This document shows positions 47,447-57,504 of a stretch of DNA of 64,000 bases, in pieces. Within the stretch, counting starts at the first letter, position 1. Each line of letters starts with the position of its first letter. A model generated the notes under the pieces. That model was not told the origin of the DNA. It did not search any database and saw only the letters and a list, made by a program, of their open reading frames with translations. Made by a program: the position numbers and the translations under genes. This DNA comes from Fimbriimonadia bacterium (GTDB lineage: Bacteria > Armatimonadota > Fimbriimonadia > Fimbriimonadales > JABRVX01), in contig JBGPGO010000008.1 of the NCBI GenBank assembly GCA_041483895.1, forward strand, positions 123,195 to 187,194. Direction: 5' to 3'.

Positions 47447-48447
47447 ACGTCGCACTCGGCGGTAACCGGCTGACCTGCCGAGGTCTTTGGGACCGAACGC
47501 CGAACCCAGAGGTAGGAACCAAGCACCAGCAGCCCCGCGAGAGCTTGAGAGACGAGCCCTTCCACGTTCGGGAAGGTCGCGAACCAGGTCCCCATCCATG
47601 CCGGAATCGGGATTGGCAATTCATGCGTGGGCAGCCAACCGGCCAACTGCAATTCTTGGGCGCTCTCCCCAACCATCACGAACAGCACCCCGGCTAGCAG
47701 GATGCCCGTGTAAACGAGCATCTTCTTATAGGGAAGTCGGCGGTGCGCCGCGAACGTCAGCACGGCAATCAATGCCGTTAATGCCAGGCCGATTCCCGCG
47801 CCGTTGAGCACTGTGGCGGCCCCAGCCTCCAGGCGAAGGTTCTGCAGGAAAAGTACGACCTCAAAACCCTCTCGATAGATCGCCGTAAATCCCAACAGCG
47901 CCAGTCCCACAGCCACGCCAGCAGTTGTTGCCGTTGAAGACATGAGGCGCTGCTTTCGCTTGCAGTGGTGGCAAATCCAGCCGGTCCAATACAGTTTGTG
48001 GAAGAACCAATTCATCACCACGAGCAGGACGGCGATTGCGATCAGGCCGGTCACGGCCTGAATATGCAGTTCGGATGCGCTGACGGAAGAGATGACTGCA
48101 ATGGCGATGAACCAGGTCGCAATCGTTGCGGCAAGGGCGGCGGCCACTCCGGCGAGGATATAGTTCCAGATCCGTTCGCGCTGCCTGGCAAGACCAGCGG
48201 TAACGGCGGCGAGCACCAACACGGCTTCCAGACCTTCTCGGAACACCAGGACCCCGCTGCTGAGAATTATTGCGGGCCGGCTCAAACCCTGAACGGTCGG
48301 ATCGGCAACGCCGCTCGCGGCAATCGCCTGCCAAATCAGAACTCCCAAAATGGCAAGGACGGAGAAGAGCAGGAAACCCAACTGGGTCCAACGAGAACGC
48401 GCGCCGACCGCGACGGCCGCACAAACCCGCAACGGTACCGGCGCCAA
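47443..48447 (-). CDS. FTR1/EfeU-family iron permease
   Basis: Two REGxE motifs (FREGLE, YREGFE); multiple TM helices; start uncertain. Confidence 0.9.
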   Translation of the reverse strand: MAPVPLRVCAAVAVGARSRWTQLGFLLFSVLAILGVLIWQAIAASGVADPTVQGLSRPAIILSSGVLVFREGLEAVLVLAAVTAGLARQRERIWNYILAGVAAALAATIATWFIAIAVISSVSASELHIQAVTGLIAIAVLLVVMNWFFHKLYWTGWICHHCKRKQRLMSSTATTAGVAVGLALLGFTAIYREGFEVVLFLQNLRLEAGAATVLNGAGIGLALTALIAVLTFAAHRRLPYKKMLVYTGILLAGVLFVMVGESAQELQLAGWLPTHELPIPIPAWMGTWFATFPNVEGLVSQALAGLLVLGSYLWVRRSVPKTSAGQPVTAECDV

Positions 48448-48518
48448 ACGTGTGGCCCCGGTTCCAGTTTGCGCTTTGACGACTAACTCAGTAATTTTTC
48501 TGCCCCCGCATCTTGCCG

Positions 48519-48579
48519 ATTATGGCCCGATCGTGCCATAGATGTCAATCAACCTAAAAGGAATTTTTGACACGTCAAA
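48519..48579 (-). promoter_or_regulatory. Sigma-70 promoter (TTGACA-18-CATAAT) with upstream dyad TTTGAC-AC-GTCAAA
   Basis: -35 at 48543-48548, -10 at 48519-48524, dyad at 48566-48579. Confidence 0.65.
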
Positions 48580-48614
48580 CTTTATTACGTAGGGGGCCCG
48601 GAAAAGTTCAAATA

Positions 48615-49574
48615 TTACAGCCTCGCAGTTTCACCGGTCACCGCCGCCGTCGTCGCTTTCAACGTGACTTCCAATGTCTTGATGGCATCGGCGTAGCAGC
48701 TTCGAATCGCATCCCGATTTCCATCGATCGCCTGCACAAACGCCTGAGCCTGGGTGAAATACGGATCATCGCAGGCTTTGAATTCCGTCGTCCGCCCAGC
48801 CTCCTGGAATCTCACGGTGTCCATTTCGATCCGGAACGTCCCATCCGTCGTGTGCAGGTGGAGGCCGACATCCTGGTTGGCCGGCAGCACGCAGGTGTTG
48901 CAAAAGACCCCGAGCGCGCCGTTCTGGAACTGAGCCGTCACGACCCCGGCATCCCAGATATCAAATCCCTCCACATCCCGCTTTGTCTGGTTCACAAACC
49001 TCGCGGAGACCTCGGAAATCTCGCCGATCAGGTAGCGCGCCAGGTCAACCATGTGCGTGGTCTGCTCGACGAACTGCCCGGCCGACAGCTCCCGCTTTCG
49101 CCACCAGCCAACGGTTGGGAAGCCGCCGCACCAGTACCCTCGGGCCAAAGCCAAGCGCCCGGCGTCGAAGCGGCTGCGGACATGTTCGAGATCGGCCCGG
49201 TATCGCCAGTGATAGCCCACCGCATTCACGATTCCGGCCCGATCAATGGCCGACTGGATGGCATTGCCCCGCTCCAAGGTGTTCGCGATCGGCTTCTCCA
49301 CCATCAAATGGATGCCTTTTGCCGCCGCCATCTGTTCCTGGCCTTCATGCCCATGGGGCGGAACGGCTACCCAAAGGGCGTCGAAGGCAACGTCCTCGAA
49401 CATCTGGCGCCAGTCAGTAAATGCCTTACATTGATTGCGCGCCGCAGCCTGTCTTGCCCGATCTTCCTGCAGATCGCACACCGCCACGACCTCGGCCCCG
49501 TCAATCCGATAGATGTGCTCCATTTGCCGTTTGGCAATCCCACCCGCCCCGATAAACGCGATACGTACAGCCAT
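48615..49574 (-). CDS. Gfo/Idh/MocA family oxidoreductase
   Basis: IAFIGAGGIA, VEKP, EQTTHMVD. Confidence 0.92.
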   Translation of the reverse strand: MAVRIAFIGAGGIAKRQMEHIYRIDGAEVVAVCDLQEDRARQAAARNQCKAFTDWRQMFEDVAFDALWVAVPPHGHEGQEQMAAAKGIHLMVEKPIANTLERGNAIQSAIDRAGIVNAVGYHWRYRADLEHVRSRFDAGRLALARGYWCGGFPTVGWWRKRELSAGQFVEQTTHMVDLARYLIGEISEVSARFVNQTKRDVEGFDIWDAGVVTAQFQNGALGVFCNTCVLPANQDVGLHLHTTDGTFRIEMDTVRFQEAGRTTEFKACDDPYFTQAQAFVQAIDGNRDAIRSCYADAIKTLEVTLKATTAAVTGETARL

Positions 49575-49639
49575 CTGGAAGCTCCTTCCTTGACACCGCT
49601 TGGTTGCGGTGCCCATAATCCTTAATATCGGAGGTGTGC

Positions 49640-50758
49640 TTGGCCGGTGTAACCTTCAACGGTGTCACAAAGCGCTTCAAAGCTGTCGTCGCGGTTGACA
49701 ATCTTTCCCTGGACGTCAAGGATCGGGAGTTCATGGTGCTCGTCGGTCCGTCCGGTTGCGGCAAAACCACAGCCCTTCGCATGGTGGCTGGGCTCGAGGA
49801 GATTTCCGACGGGGACATCCATATTGGCGAGCGGGTGGTCAACGACGTGCCGCCCAAGGACCGCGATATCGCCATGGTGTTCCAGAACTATGCCCTCTAT
49901 CCCCACATGAACGTGTACGAGAATATCGCGTTCGGGCTAAAGCTGCGGCGGCTGCGAAGCTCGGTCTGGCAGTGGACCCACCGAAGCGCGGCTTCGGGCA
50001 TTCGTTCCGATATCGATCAGCGGGTCCGGGCGACCTCCGAAATGCTTGGCCTGCACGAGTTGCTGCATCGACGTCCCAAGGAGCTTTCCGGCGGCCAGCG
50101 GCAGCGCGTCGCCCTGGGCCGGGCCATCGTTCGGGAGCCGAAGGTGTTCTTAATGGACGAACCGCTTTCGAATCTCGATGCCAAGCTGCGGGTGCAGACC
50201 CGCGCCGAACTGATCCGGCTGCACCGGCAATTGGGGATAACGACCATCTATGTAACCCACGATCAGGTCGAGGCGATGACCATGGGCGACCGGATTGCGG
50301 TCATGCGGGACGGGCTTTTGCAGCAGTGCGACACGCCGGAAGTGGTGTATCGAAATCCTGCCAATCGGTTTGTCGCGGGATTCATCGGAACTCCTCCGAT
50401 GAACTTCATTTCGGGGACGGTCGTTGAGCAGGGAGTGCAGATTACGCCCGACTTGGTGATCCCGATCCCTGGCGAGAAGGGCCGCCAAGTCCAAAGCCAT
50501 CTCGGCCGCAAAGTGGACCTTGGAATCCGCCCGGAAGACATTTCGGTTGGCGCAAACGGGAACAGCTTCAAGGCCCTCGTGGACGTGATCGAGCCGATGG
50601 GTTCGCACGATACGGTCTATCTGGCCTTGGCGGACACCGCGATTATCGCCACGCTGCCCACAGAAGCGAAGATCAAAGAGGGCGAATCGAGCGATTTCCA
50701 GCTTAATGTCGAAAACCTGCATGTGTTCGATGCCGAAACCGAAGCGGCAATAACCTAA
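49640..50758 (+). CDS. Sugar ABC transporter ATP-binding protein (MalK/UgpC-like)
   Basis: GPSGCGKT, VFQNYALYPH, LSGGQRQR, DEPLSNLD, TOBE-like tail. Confidence 0.95.
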   Translation: MAGVTFNGVTKRFKAVVAVDNLSLDVKDREFMVLVGPSGCGKTTALRMVAGLEEISDGDIHIGERVVNDVPPKDRDIAMVFQNYALYPHMNVYENIAFGLKLRRLRSSVWQWTHRSAASGIRSDIDQRVRATSEMLGLHELLHRRPKELSGGQRQRVALGRAIVREPKVFLMDEPLSNLDAKLRVQTRAELIRLHRQLGITTIYVTHDQVEAMTMGDRIAVMRDGLLQQCDTPEVVYRNPANRFVAGFIGTPPMNFISGTVVEQGVQITPDLVIPIPGEKGRQVQSHLGRKVDLGIRPEDISVGANGNSFKALVDVIEPMGSHDTVYLALADTAIIATLPTEAKIKEGESSDFQLNVENLHVFDAETEAAIT

Positions 50759-50813
50759 TCCTCCGGCAGAACCTGGGTCTATAATAGGGTTCCAGACACA
50801 GGGAGGGCAAGTC

Positions 50814-51215
50814 ATGAGACAGATTATTTCCACGAGCAAGGCGCCGGCGGCGATTGGACCCTATTCCCAAGCGATCAAGTTTACAGGCCCAATGTTATCC
50901 ATTTCCGGCCAAATTCCTATCGATCCTGAGACCGGCGACGTCGTGCAGGGCGACATCAAGATTCAGACGAAGCGCGCGATGGACAACCTAAAGGCGATCC
51001 TCATCGCGTCCGGCTGCATGATGCATGACGTGCTGAAGACCACCATCTATCTGACCAACATGAACGACTTTCAAGCGGTGAACGAGGTCTATGGGACATA
51101 CTTCCCGCAAGCGCCGCCGACACGCGCGACTGTTCAGGTGTCCGGGCTTCCGAAAGGCGTTGCCATCGAGATCGAGGCGCTGGCGCTCGTGCCGGACATC
51201 GCCGCTGTCTGGTAG
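50814..51215 (+). CDS. ridA: RidA/YjgF family deaminase
   Basis: APAAIGPYSQA, SGQIP, P.R..VQV..LP. Confidence 0.92.
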   Translation: MRQIISTSKAPAAIGPYSQAIKFTGPMLSISGQIPIDPETGDVVQGDIKIQTKRAMDNLKAILIASGCMMHDVLKTTIYLTNMNDFQAVNEVYGTYFPQAPPTRATVQVSGLPKGVAIEIEALALVPDIAAVW

Positions 51216-51219
51216 CCCG

Positions 51220-52752
51220 TTGGTCCACGGCAAGAACGGCGCGGTTGCTTCCTCCGTCAAGGCCTCGAGCAAGGTCGGCCTCAACATCCTGAAGCAGGGC
51301 GGTTCGTTTGCGGACGCGGTAGTCGCCATCAGCGCCTCGCTCTGCGTGCTGGAGCCGTCCGCCAGCCATCTTGGGGGCGATGCGTTTGCCGTTTGGTGGG
51401 ACGCGAAGTCAGGGAAAGTGATTGTGCTGAACAGTTCCGGAATGGCGCCTCGATTGGGCCCCAGGAATGCGGAATTTCTGGATCGCGGGGCGTCCGCGGT
51501 TACCGTACCGGGCCTCGTTCGCGCTTGGCAGGAGCTCCACGATCGGTATGGCAAATTGCCGCTGCAAACCCTGCTCGAACCTGCGATAGAACAGGCCGAG
51601 GACAGCGTGGTTGGCGCGCGATGGGCACGATCGGCGCAAGCGGACCTCGCGCTTCTGACCGCGGATCCGGGCTGCTCCGCGCAGTTCCTGCTGGATGGAA
51701 AACCGCCGACTGCAGGACAACTGATCAGCCAGCCCCAGCTGGCCCGGTTACTGAGTGACCTCGCGGTGAGCGGTTGCAAGGATTTTTATGAAGGTCATAT
51801 CGCCCGGCAGCTCGTACAGACCCTGAACGATGCAGGCAGCCACATGACGCTGGAGGACTTTGCCAGCCATCGCGCCGTATTCCTAGAGCCGCTTGCCATC
51901 GCCTATCGGGGTCACACAATCCATGGCCAACCACCACAGTCGCAGGGCATCATACTGCTGATGGCGCTTGGCATGTTGGAAGGATTTGCGACCCCGCCGC
52001 AGGGAACCGCCGAGCTGGTCCATCTGCAAGCGGAAGCCTGCAAGCTTGCTGCCGCCGATAGCGCCGCGCATTTAGGCGATCCGGCGACAAGAGAAAATCC
52101 GACAGCCGCCCTGCTCGATCCCAAATTCCTCGAACGTCGTCGCCGGCAGATCGATCTCACGCGAGCGGCGCGCCAGCCCATCGGCCCCGGCGATCTCGGA
52201 ACCTGCACAACACAGTTCTGCGTTGCAGACAGTGAGGGCAACGTGATCAGTTTCATCCAGAGCATTTTTTCACCGTGGGGGGCGGGTTTCGCCTGCCCAA
52301 AAACTGGCGTGCTGTTCAACAATCGCATGACCGGATTCCGTCGCGAACCAGGGCACCCCAACAGCTATGCGCCGGGCAAAAAGCCAATCCATACGCTAAA
52401 CGTTTATGTGGCGACGAAAAACGGCAGACCGGTGTTTGCGGGCGGCACTCCCGGCGCGCATGTCCAAGTACAGACAAACACACAGGTCGTGCAGAACCTC
52501 ATCGATTTTGGCGTCGATGCGCAACATGCCATAGACCAACCAAGATGGGCATATCGCGCAGATGCTGATACGTTGGAGATTGAATCGCGATTCGATGGGG
52601 ATGTGATACGCAAATTGGAGGAGATGGGCCATACGATAAGGCGACTCGGCGAATGGGATCATCCCAGCAATGTGCAACTGATACGTATCATAGAAGAAGG
52701 GTATGAGGCCGCGTCCGATCCGCGCGGCGAGGGATGCGCGATGGCATGGTAG
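51220..52752 (+). CDS. Gamma-glutamyltransferase family protein
   Basis: SHLGGDAF, VPGLVRAW, CTTQFCVAD (autocleavage Thr), PGKKPIHTL, DPRGEG; start approximate. Confidence 0.9.
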   Translation: MVHGKNGAVASSVKASSKVGLNILKQGGSFADAVVAISASLCVLEPSASHLGGDAFAVWWDAKSGKVIVLNSSGMAPRLGPRNAEFLDRGASAVTVPGLVRAWQELHDRYGKLPLQTLLEPAIEQAEDSVVGARWARSAQADLALLTADPGCSAQFLLDGKPPTAGQLISQPQLARLLSDLAVSGCKDFYEGHIARQLVQTLNDAGSHMTLEDFASHRAVFLEPLAIAYRGHTIHGQPPQSQGIILLMALGMLEGFATPPQGTAELVHLQAEACKLAAADSAAHLGDPATRENPTAALLDPKFLERRRRQIDLTRAARQPIGPGDLGTCTTQFCVADSEGNVISFIQSIFSPWGAGFACPKTGVLFNNRMTGFRREPGHPNSYAPGKKPIHTLNVYVATKNGRPVFAGGTPGAHVQVQTNTQVVQNLIDFGVDAQHAIDQPRWAYRADADTLEIESRFDGDVIRKLEEMGHTIRRLGEWDHPSNVQLIRIIEEGYEAASDPRGEGCAMAW

Positions 52753-53855
52753 CCAGTGTCCCGTACCGCAGGACCGCCAAGCGGGTGGATTGGTATCTTA
52801 TTCTCGCCGCTCTCATCGTGTGCGCCTGTGGCGTGCTGGCGCTCTACAGCGTTGCGGAAACCGGAACGACCGCCAACTTCAAGAAGCATCTCATGTGGCT
52901 TGTTGCTGGCGGCGTGGGCGCGGCGATTTTTGCGTTCGTCAATCCGGAGTTTTGGATTCGGCGCAGCCTCTGGCTCTATCTATTCAACCTCGCCATGCTT
53001 GCGGCGGTTCTGGTCGCGGGACAGGATGCCGGCGGCGCGCAGCGCTGGATCGACATCGGCCCCTTCCAATTCCAACCGTCCGAACTCTCAAAACTGCTGC
53101 TTATCATTTCACTCGCCGCGCTGCTTACCAAACGATTAGAATCCGCCAGCACCACCAAGACCTTTCTGCTTTCATTCATCCACGTGGCTGTGCCTGCGGC
53201 GATGGTATTCAAACAGCCGGACCTGGGGACGGCGCTCGTGCTGATCGGCATTTGGATCGGCATGGTGCTGGTGGCGGGCGCGACGTTGCGGCATGTCGTG
53301 ACTTGGGTTGTTGTCGTCAGCGTCTTATTCGTTTTTGCATGGGAAGCGGGCGTCATCAAAGATTATCAAAAATCTCGGGTTGTCGCATTTCTCGATCCCG
53401 CGGCCGATCCACAGGGTGCAGGCTACCAGGTGAGCCAGGGGCGCATGGCAATCGGCAGCGGTGGTCTGCTGGGAAAGGGTTTCGGCCACGGGATCCAAAA
53501 GGAAGGACGTTGGATCCCGGCGCAGCACACAGATTTCGTTTACACGGTGATTGCGGAGGAAGGCGGATTTGTTGGCAGCTCGATGCTCGTGCTCATATTC
53601 GCATTTCTCTTGTATCGCATTTGGCGAGTGTTGGCAGATACCGCAAACCCCACCTATCGGCTGCTGGCAGTAGGTGTGTTTTGCTTATGGAGCTATCATA
53701 TAGTAGTTAATCTGGCTATGGTGCTCGGCCTGTTTCCGGTGGTAGGGGTGCCGCTGCCACTCATCAGCTATGGTGGTACCGCGACGATCGTGACACTCAG
53801 TTCGCTTGGTCTGATATTGGGCATACGCGCAAGGGAAGAAAAGATCGTGTTCTGA
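52746..53855 (+). CDS. rodA: Rod shape-determining protein (SEDS family)
   Basis: GAQRWI, FQPSELSK, QPDLGT, HTDF, LISYGGT. Confidence 0.93.
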   Translation: MVASVPYRRTAKRVDWYLILAALIVCACGVLALYSVAETGTTANFKKHLMWLVAGGVGAAIFAFVNPEFWIRRSLWLYLFNLAMLAAVLVAGQDAGGAQRWIDIGPFQFQPSELSKLLLIISLAALLTKRLESASTTKTFLLSFIHVAVPAAMVFKQPDLGTALVLIGIWIGMVLVAGATLRHVVTWVVVVSVLFVFAWEAGVIKDYQKSRVVAFLDPAADPQGAGYQVSQGRMAIGSGGLLGKGFGHGIQKEGRWIPAQHTDFVYTVIAEEGGFVGSSMLVLIFAFLLYRIWRVLADTANPTYRLLAVGVFCLWSYHIVVNLAMVLGLFPVVGVPLPLISYGGTATIVTLSSLGLILGIRAREEKIVF

Positions 53856-54547
53856 TGTCCCACCTCTATTTCGATTCCCTACCATCCACGCAGGACCATG
53901 CGATGGAATGCGTAAGAGCCAATCGGCGCGATGTGCTGTCGGTGCAGGCAGGCCAACAGACGGCAGGGAGGGGAAGAAGGGCCGCCGACTGGTACAGTCC
54001 ACCTGGGACGTGCCTTGCTATCAGCTATATCTTGTGGGACAGGCCAATTCCTGACCGTCCCTGGGTTCTCGGCCTGGCTATGGCGGTTGCGGCGGCCGAT
54101 GCCCTCGAGGCGTTGGGTACCGCTCCCATGCTGCGTTGGCCGAACGACGTTCTGGTCGACGGTAAGAAGGTAGGCGGCATTCTGGTCGAAACGGCCCATG
54201 CCGAGAATGGTCAAACTGTGGCGGTCATCGGCGTGGGGGTCAATTGCAACGTCGCTTTCTTTCCAAAAGAGTTGGCGGACAAAGCAACGTCACTATTGCT
54301 GGCGACCGGTCAGTCACACGATGTCGGCACCGTCGAAACCTCCATCTGGTCCAATTTCGGGCGCACGCCATTGGACCTTGGCGCGATCGTGGAGCGGTTC
54401 CGATCGATGGATGCCACCATTGGACAGAGATACTCGGCGCCCGAAGGGCGAATCGGAACGGCCGTCGGGATCGATGATGAGGGGTTCTTACTGCTGCGAA
54501 CCGAGGACGGCTTCGTCTCCGCCGTTCCTTCCGCTCACCATCTTTGA
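53855..54547 (+). CDS. birA: Biotin-protein ligase (no N-terminal HTH)
   Basis: QQTAGRGR, RWPND, KVGGIL, GVGVN. Confidence 0.88.
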   Translation: MSHLYFDSLPSTQDHAMECVRANRRDVLSVQAGQQTAGRGRRAADWYSPPGTCLAISYILWDRPIPDRPWVLGLAMAVAAADALEALGTAPMLRWPNDVLVDGKKVGGILVETAHAENGQTVAVIGVGVNCNVAFFPKELADKATSLLLATGQSHDVGTVETSIWSNFGRTPLDLGAIVERFRSMDATIGQRYSAPEGRIGTAVGIDDEGFLLLRTEDGFVSAVPSAHHL

Positions 54548-55320
54548 GACTTCAGGAACTCGACCGCTTTCGGCAGCTCCACATGCGGATCGCCCGGCAC
54601 TTTGCATTCCAGCGCCATATAGCCGTCGAATCCGACCTCCTTCAGCGCCGCAAAGCCCGCTTGGAAATCGGTGCCGCCGAAACCGGGCAGCTCTCGCGTG
54701 TTGTCCGCCAGATGAACATGACCGATCAGGGAGCCTGCCGCGCGGATTGCCGCCGGCGTGTCCCGCTCCTCAATGCCCATGTGGAAGAAGTCCGCCATGA
54801 TCTTGACCGAAGGATGGCCCGCTCTCTCGATGATCTCCTGTGCCTGCTCCAGGCGGTTGATCAGGTGGGTCTCGTATCGGTTCAACGGCTCCAAGAGCAG
54901 ATAGACCCCCGCGCTCTCGGCAGAAGGCGCCATCTCCTGCACTAACCGAACCAGCATCTCTTTTTCCAGCGAGACCGGATCGTAGAGCGGCCCAAGGTCC
55001 GGGACCTGTGGCGGGCCGAAGAGCGGCACGAAGATCACTCCCTTTGCCCCCAAATCGCCCGCGATAGGAAGAAGCTCCTTCATGTCCGATACCGCTAGGT
55101 CCCGCTCCGCCTTGTCCGCCGACAGGAAGCAGCCCCGGTATCCGGAACATACCGTGCTGACCGGCAGGCGCGACCCGGTGGCCTTTTTGATGATCTCCAC
55201 CCGATCCCGAACCGTGCTCCCCCACACCTCAATCCCCTCAAATCCAAAATCGGCGAGCTTCGCCACCTTCTCGGCGAACGATTCGCCGGTTACCAACGAC
55301 TCCTGGCAGGCAATTTTCAC
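54535..55320 (-). CDS. Sugar phosphate isomerase/epimerase (xylose isomerase-like TIM barrel)
   Basis: LEPLNRYE, DFFHM, HVHLAD, ALEC. Confidence 0.92.
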   Translation of the reverse strand: MKIACQESLVTGESFAEKVAKLADFGFEGIEVWGSTVRDRVEIIKKATGSRLPVSTVCSGYRGCFLSADKAERDLAVSDMKELLPIAGDLGAKGVIFVPLFGPPQVPDLGPLYDPVSLEKEMLVRLVQEMAPSAESAGVYLLLEPLNRYETHLINRLEQAQEIIERAGHPSVKIMADFFHMGIEERDTPAAIRAAGSLIGHVHLADNTRELPGFGGTDFQAGFAALKEVGFDGYMALECKVPGDPHVELPKAVEFLKSQRW

Positions 55321-55432
55321 TGGTATCCTCCTAGAAATGCTCCATTACTGATTTTGGCAGGGAAGGACCCAGGACCGCACGAAATGTTTGGGAACCCGCA
55401 ATCTGGTCCGATTGTTGTAATATACGTCCGGT

Positions 55433-56014
55433 ATGGATTTCGGTTGGAGGAAGACGCCGGGGGATAGGGACGAGTTTGAACGCCTCCTGTCTCCGCATGC
55501 GTCCAGTCTGTACAATGCGGCTCTCCGGTTGGCTAGGGACCCGGACGACGCATCGGACCTGTTTCAGGAGGCAGTTCTGAGGGCTTTCCGAAACTTTGGG
55601 TCCTTCCGAGAAAGAATACCGGGCGGGCAGGCTTTTCGAAGCTGGATGTACCGAATATTGACGAACTGTTATATAAACGAATACCATCGGCAGGGACGTA
55701 GGACAAAGACCGTCTCCATGGACGCTACGGAGGGCAAAAGCGTGGCTGACGTGCCGGATACCCATCGCTCTCCCGCCTTGGCAGCGATGGACAATTGGGA
55801 ATTCGAAACGATCGTTCGGGCGATCCAGAACCTGCCGGAAGAGTATCGGAAGGCCCTGATATTCGTTGACCTTCAGGACCTGACATATCAGGAGGCGGCG
55901 GAGGCGCTGTCCGTGCCCATTGGGACGGTTCGATCTCGGGTGTCGCGAGGGCGGGCGGAACTGCGGTTGCGTTTGAAGCATCTGCTGCCGGAACTAATGA
56001 AGGAGGAAGCATGA
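55433..56014 (+). CDS. ECF sigma factor
   Basis: DASDLFQE, SWMYRILTN, YQEAAEAL.VPIGTVRSRVSRGR. Confidence 0.95.
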   Translation: MDFGWRKTPGDRDEFERLLSPHASSLYNAALRLARDPDDASDLFQEAVLRAFRNFGSFRERIPGGQAFRSWMYRILTNCYINEYHRQGRRTKTVSMDATEGKSVADVPDTHRSPALAAMDNWEFETIVRAIQNLPEEYRKALIFVDLQDLTYQEAAEALSVPIGTVRSRVSRGRAELRLRLKHLLPELMKEEA

Positions 56015-56772
56015 CCTGCTCGGCTGTTCGGGAAATCGTCGCGGCGTACGTTGACGGCGACCTAGGCCCGACGGAGTTGAACCAGATAAACGCGCATCTG
56101 GCGTCTTGTCATGCCTGCCTACAAGCCGTTGATGAGAATAAAGAGGTCCGCAACCTGGTCCGAACTCGGCGCGTTGATGCTCCGATGCCGGATGGGTTGT
56201 GGATGAAGGTGATGGCGGCGCTCGATCGCCATACCAGAGTTCGATACCGGTTGCGAAGGTTCGCGATGGGCGCCGCGGCGTTGGCGACGATGGCTGCTCT
56301 CGCGACGATTACCGTTGATACCGTCTTCAATCGCCCTATCGAGGTCGTAGCTTCGCAGGCAGCGCCCGTGACGTTCCGAACGGTCTATTCAGCGCCGATC
56401 CGCAACACCGCCCAAGCCTATGCAAGGGTCCTGGAGCATTTGCAGGCCAACGTACCACCGGTGAATTTGGCCCTGGTTGGCGGTACTTTGAGGAACATCG
56501 AACTGGCCGAGGAACCCAAGATGGGTATCTTGACCTACCAGTTGCGCGGCTCGCTGCTTCGCTACTACATCTCCAAGCAGCCGTTCCACCTGCCGGCCGC
56601 CGTGCGATGGGAAATCATGGGCAAGAGCATCTGGGTGTTGTCGGGCGCCACCGGACTGTTGGCGACTTGGAGCGGCAAGGGCCTCAACTACCTCGTCGTC
56701 ACCGATCACCAGGTTCCGGAACCGAAGGGCTTGCTGCGAGAATTCCTCTCCATCACCGCCGGCCAAGACTGA
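56011..56772 (+). CDS. zf-HC2 transmembrane anti-sigma factor
   Basis: C...AYVDG.L...HLASCHAC; TM helix; ATGA overlap. Confidence 0.88.
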   Translation: MTCSAVREIVAAYVDGDLGPTELNQINAHLASCHACLQAVDENKEVRNLVRTRRVDAPMPDGLWMKVMAALDRHTRVRYRLRRFAMGAAALATMAALATITVDTVFNRPIEVVASQAAPVTFRTVYSAPIRNTAQAYARVLEHLQANVPPVNLALVGGTLRNIELAEEPKMGILTYQLRGSLLRYYISKQPFHLPAAVRWEIMGKSIWVLSGATGLLATWSGKGLNYLVVTDHQVPEPKGLLREFLSITAGQD

Positions 56773-56799
56773 TCCCGGCCAGCGGGTATAACCGACCCC

Positions 56800-57504
56800 G
56801 TGCTTGTTATCCAGGACTTGAGTGTCTATTACGGCGCGATTCAAGCTCTTAAGGGTATCTCCCTCGAGGTGCAAGAAGGCGAGATCGTGGCCATCATCGG
56901 CAGCAATGGCGCCGGCAAAAGCACGCTCCTGCGATCCATTTCCGGCCTCACGCCGATCCGGTCTGGCACGATGGTGTACCAGGGCGACAATCTGGTGGGG
57001 CTTCGGCCGGATGCCATCGTCTGCAAAGGAATCAGCCATGCGCCGGAAGGGCGGAGGATTTTCACCAACATGTCCGTCAATGAAAACCTGCAGCTTGGCG
57101 CGTTCACACGCAAGGACTCGGAAATTCAGGCCGATTTTGAAGCCGTTCTGAAGACGTTTCCCCAACTGCGAGAACGTATCAACCAGTCGGCGGGGACACT
57201 GTCCGGGGGCGAGCAGCAGATGCTGGCAATTGGGCGGGCAATGATGGCGCGGCCGAAGCTGATGCTTCTTGACGAGCCTTCGCTGGGCCTTGCGCCAAAC
57301 CTAGTGTCGGAGATATTCAGCACGATTCAGCGCCTGAACAAAGAGGGAATCACCTTGCTGCTTGTCGAGCAGAACGCCCATCGGGCGCTGGAAGTCGCCA
57401 ATAGAGGCTATGTGCTGGAAACCGGCAGCATTGTTTTGTCCGATACCGGTTCGAATCTTCTCAATAACCCAGCGGTCAAAGAGGCCTATTTGGGCGGCGC
57501 GTAA
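56800..57504 (+). CDS. livF: Branched-chain amino acid ABC transporter ATP-binding protein
   Basis: GSNGAGKST, PEGRRIF, LSGGEQQMLA, LDEPSLGLAP, VEQN. Confidence 0.92.
   Translation: MLVIQDLSVYYGAIQALKGISLEVQEGEIVAIIGSNGAGKSTLLRSISGLTPIRSGTMVYQGDNLVGLRPDAIVCKGISHAPEGRRIFTNMSVNENLQLGAFTRKDSEIQADFEAVLKTFPQLRERINQSAGTLSGGEQQMLAIGRAMMARPKLMLLDEPSLGLAPNLVSEIFSTIQRLNKEGITLLLVEQNAHRALEVANRGYVLETGSIVLSDTGSNLLNNPAVKEAYLGGA

Noticed and set aside
48448..48495. Another ATT start (48495) for FTR1
   Set aside because: In frame with a G-rich SD-like run, but a TTG at 48447 is available and no conserved motif forces the earlier start.
49640..57504. Orphan malK-like and livF ATPases as a novel transporter
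   Set aside because: Shared or dispersed ABC ATPases are common; partner genes are probably elsewhere in the genome.
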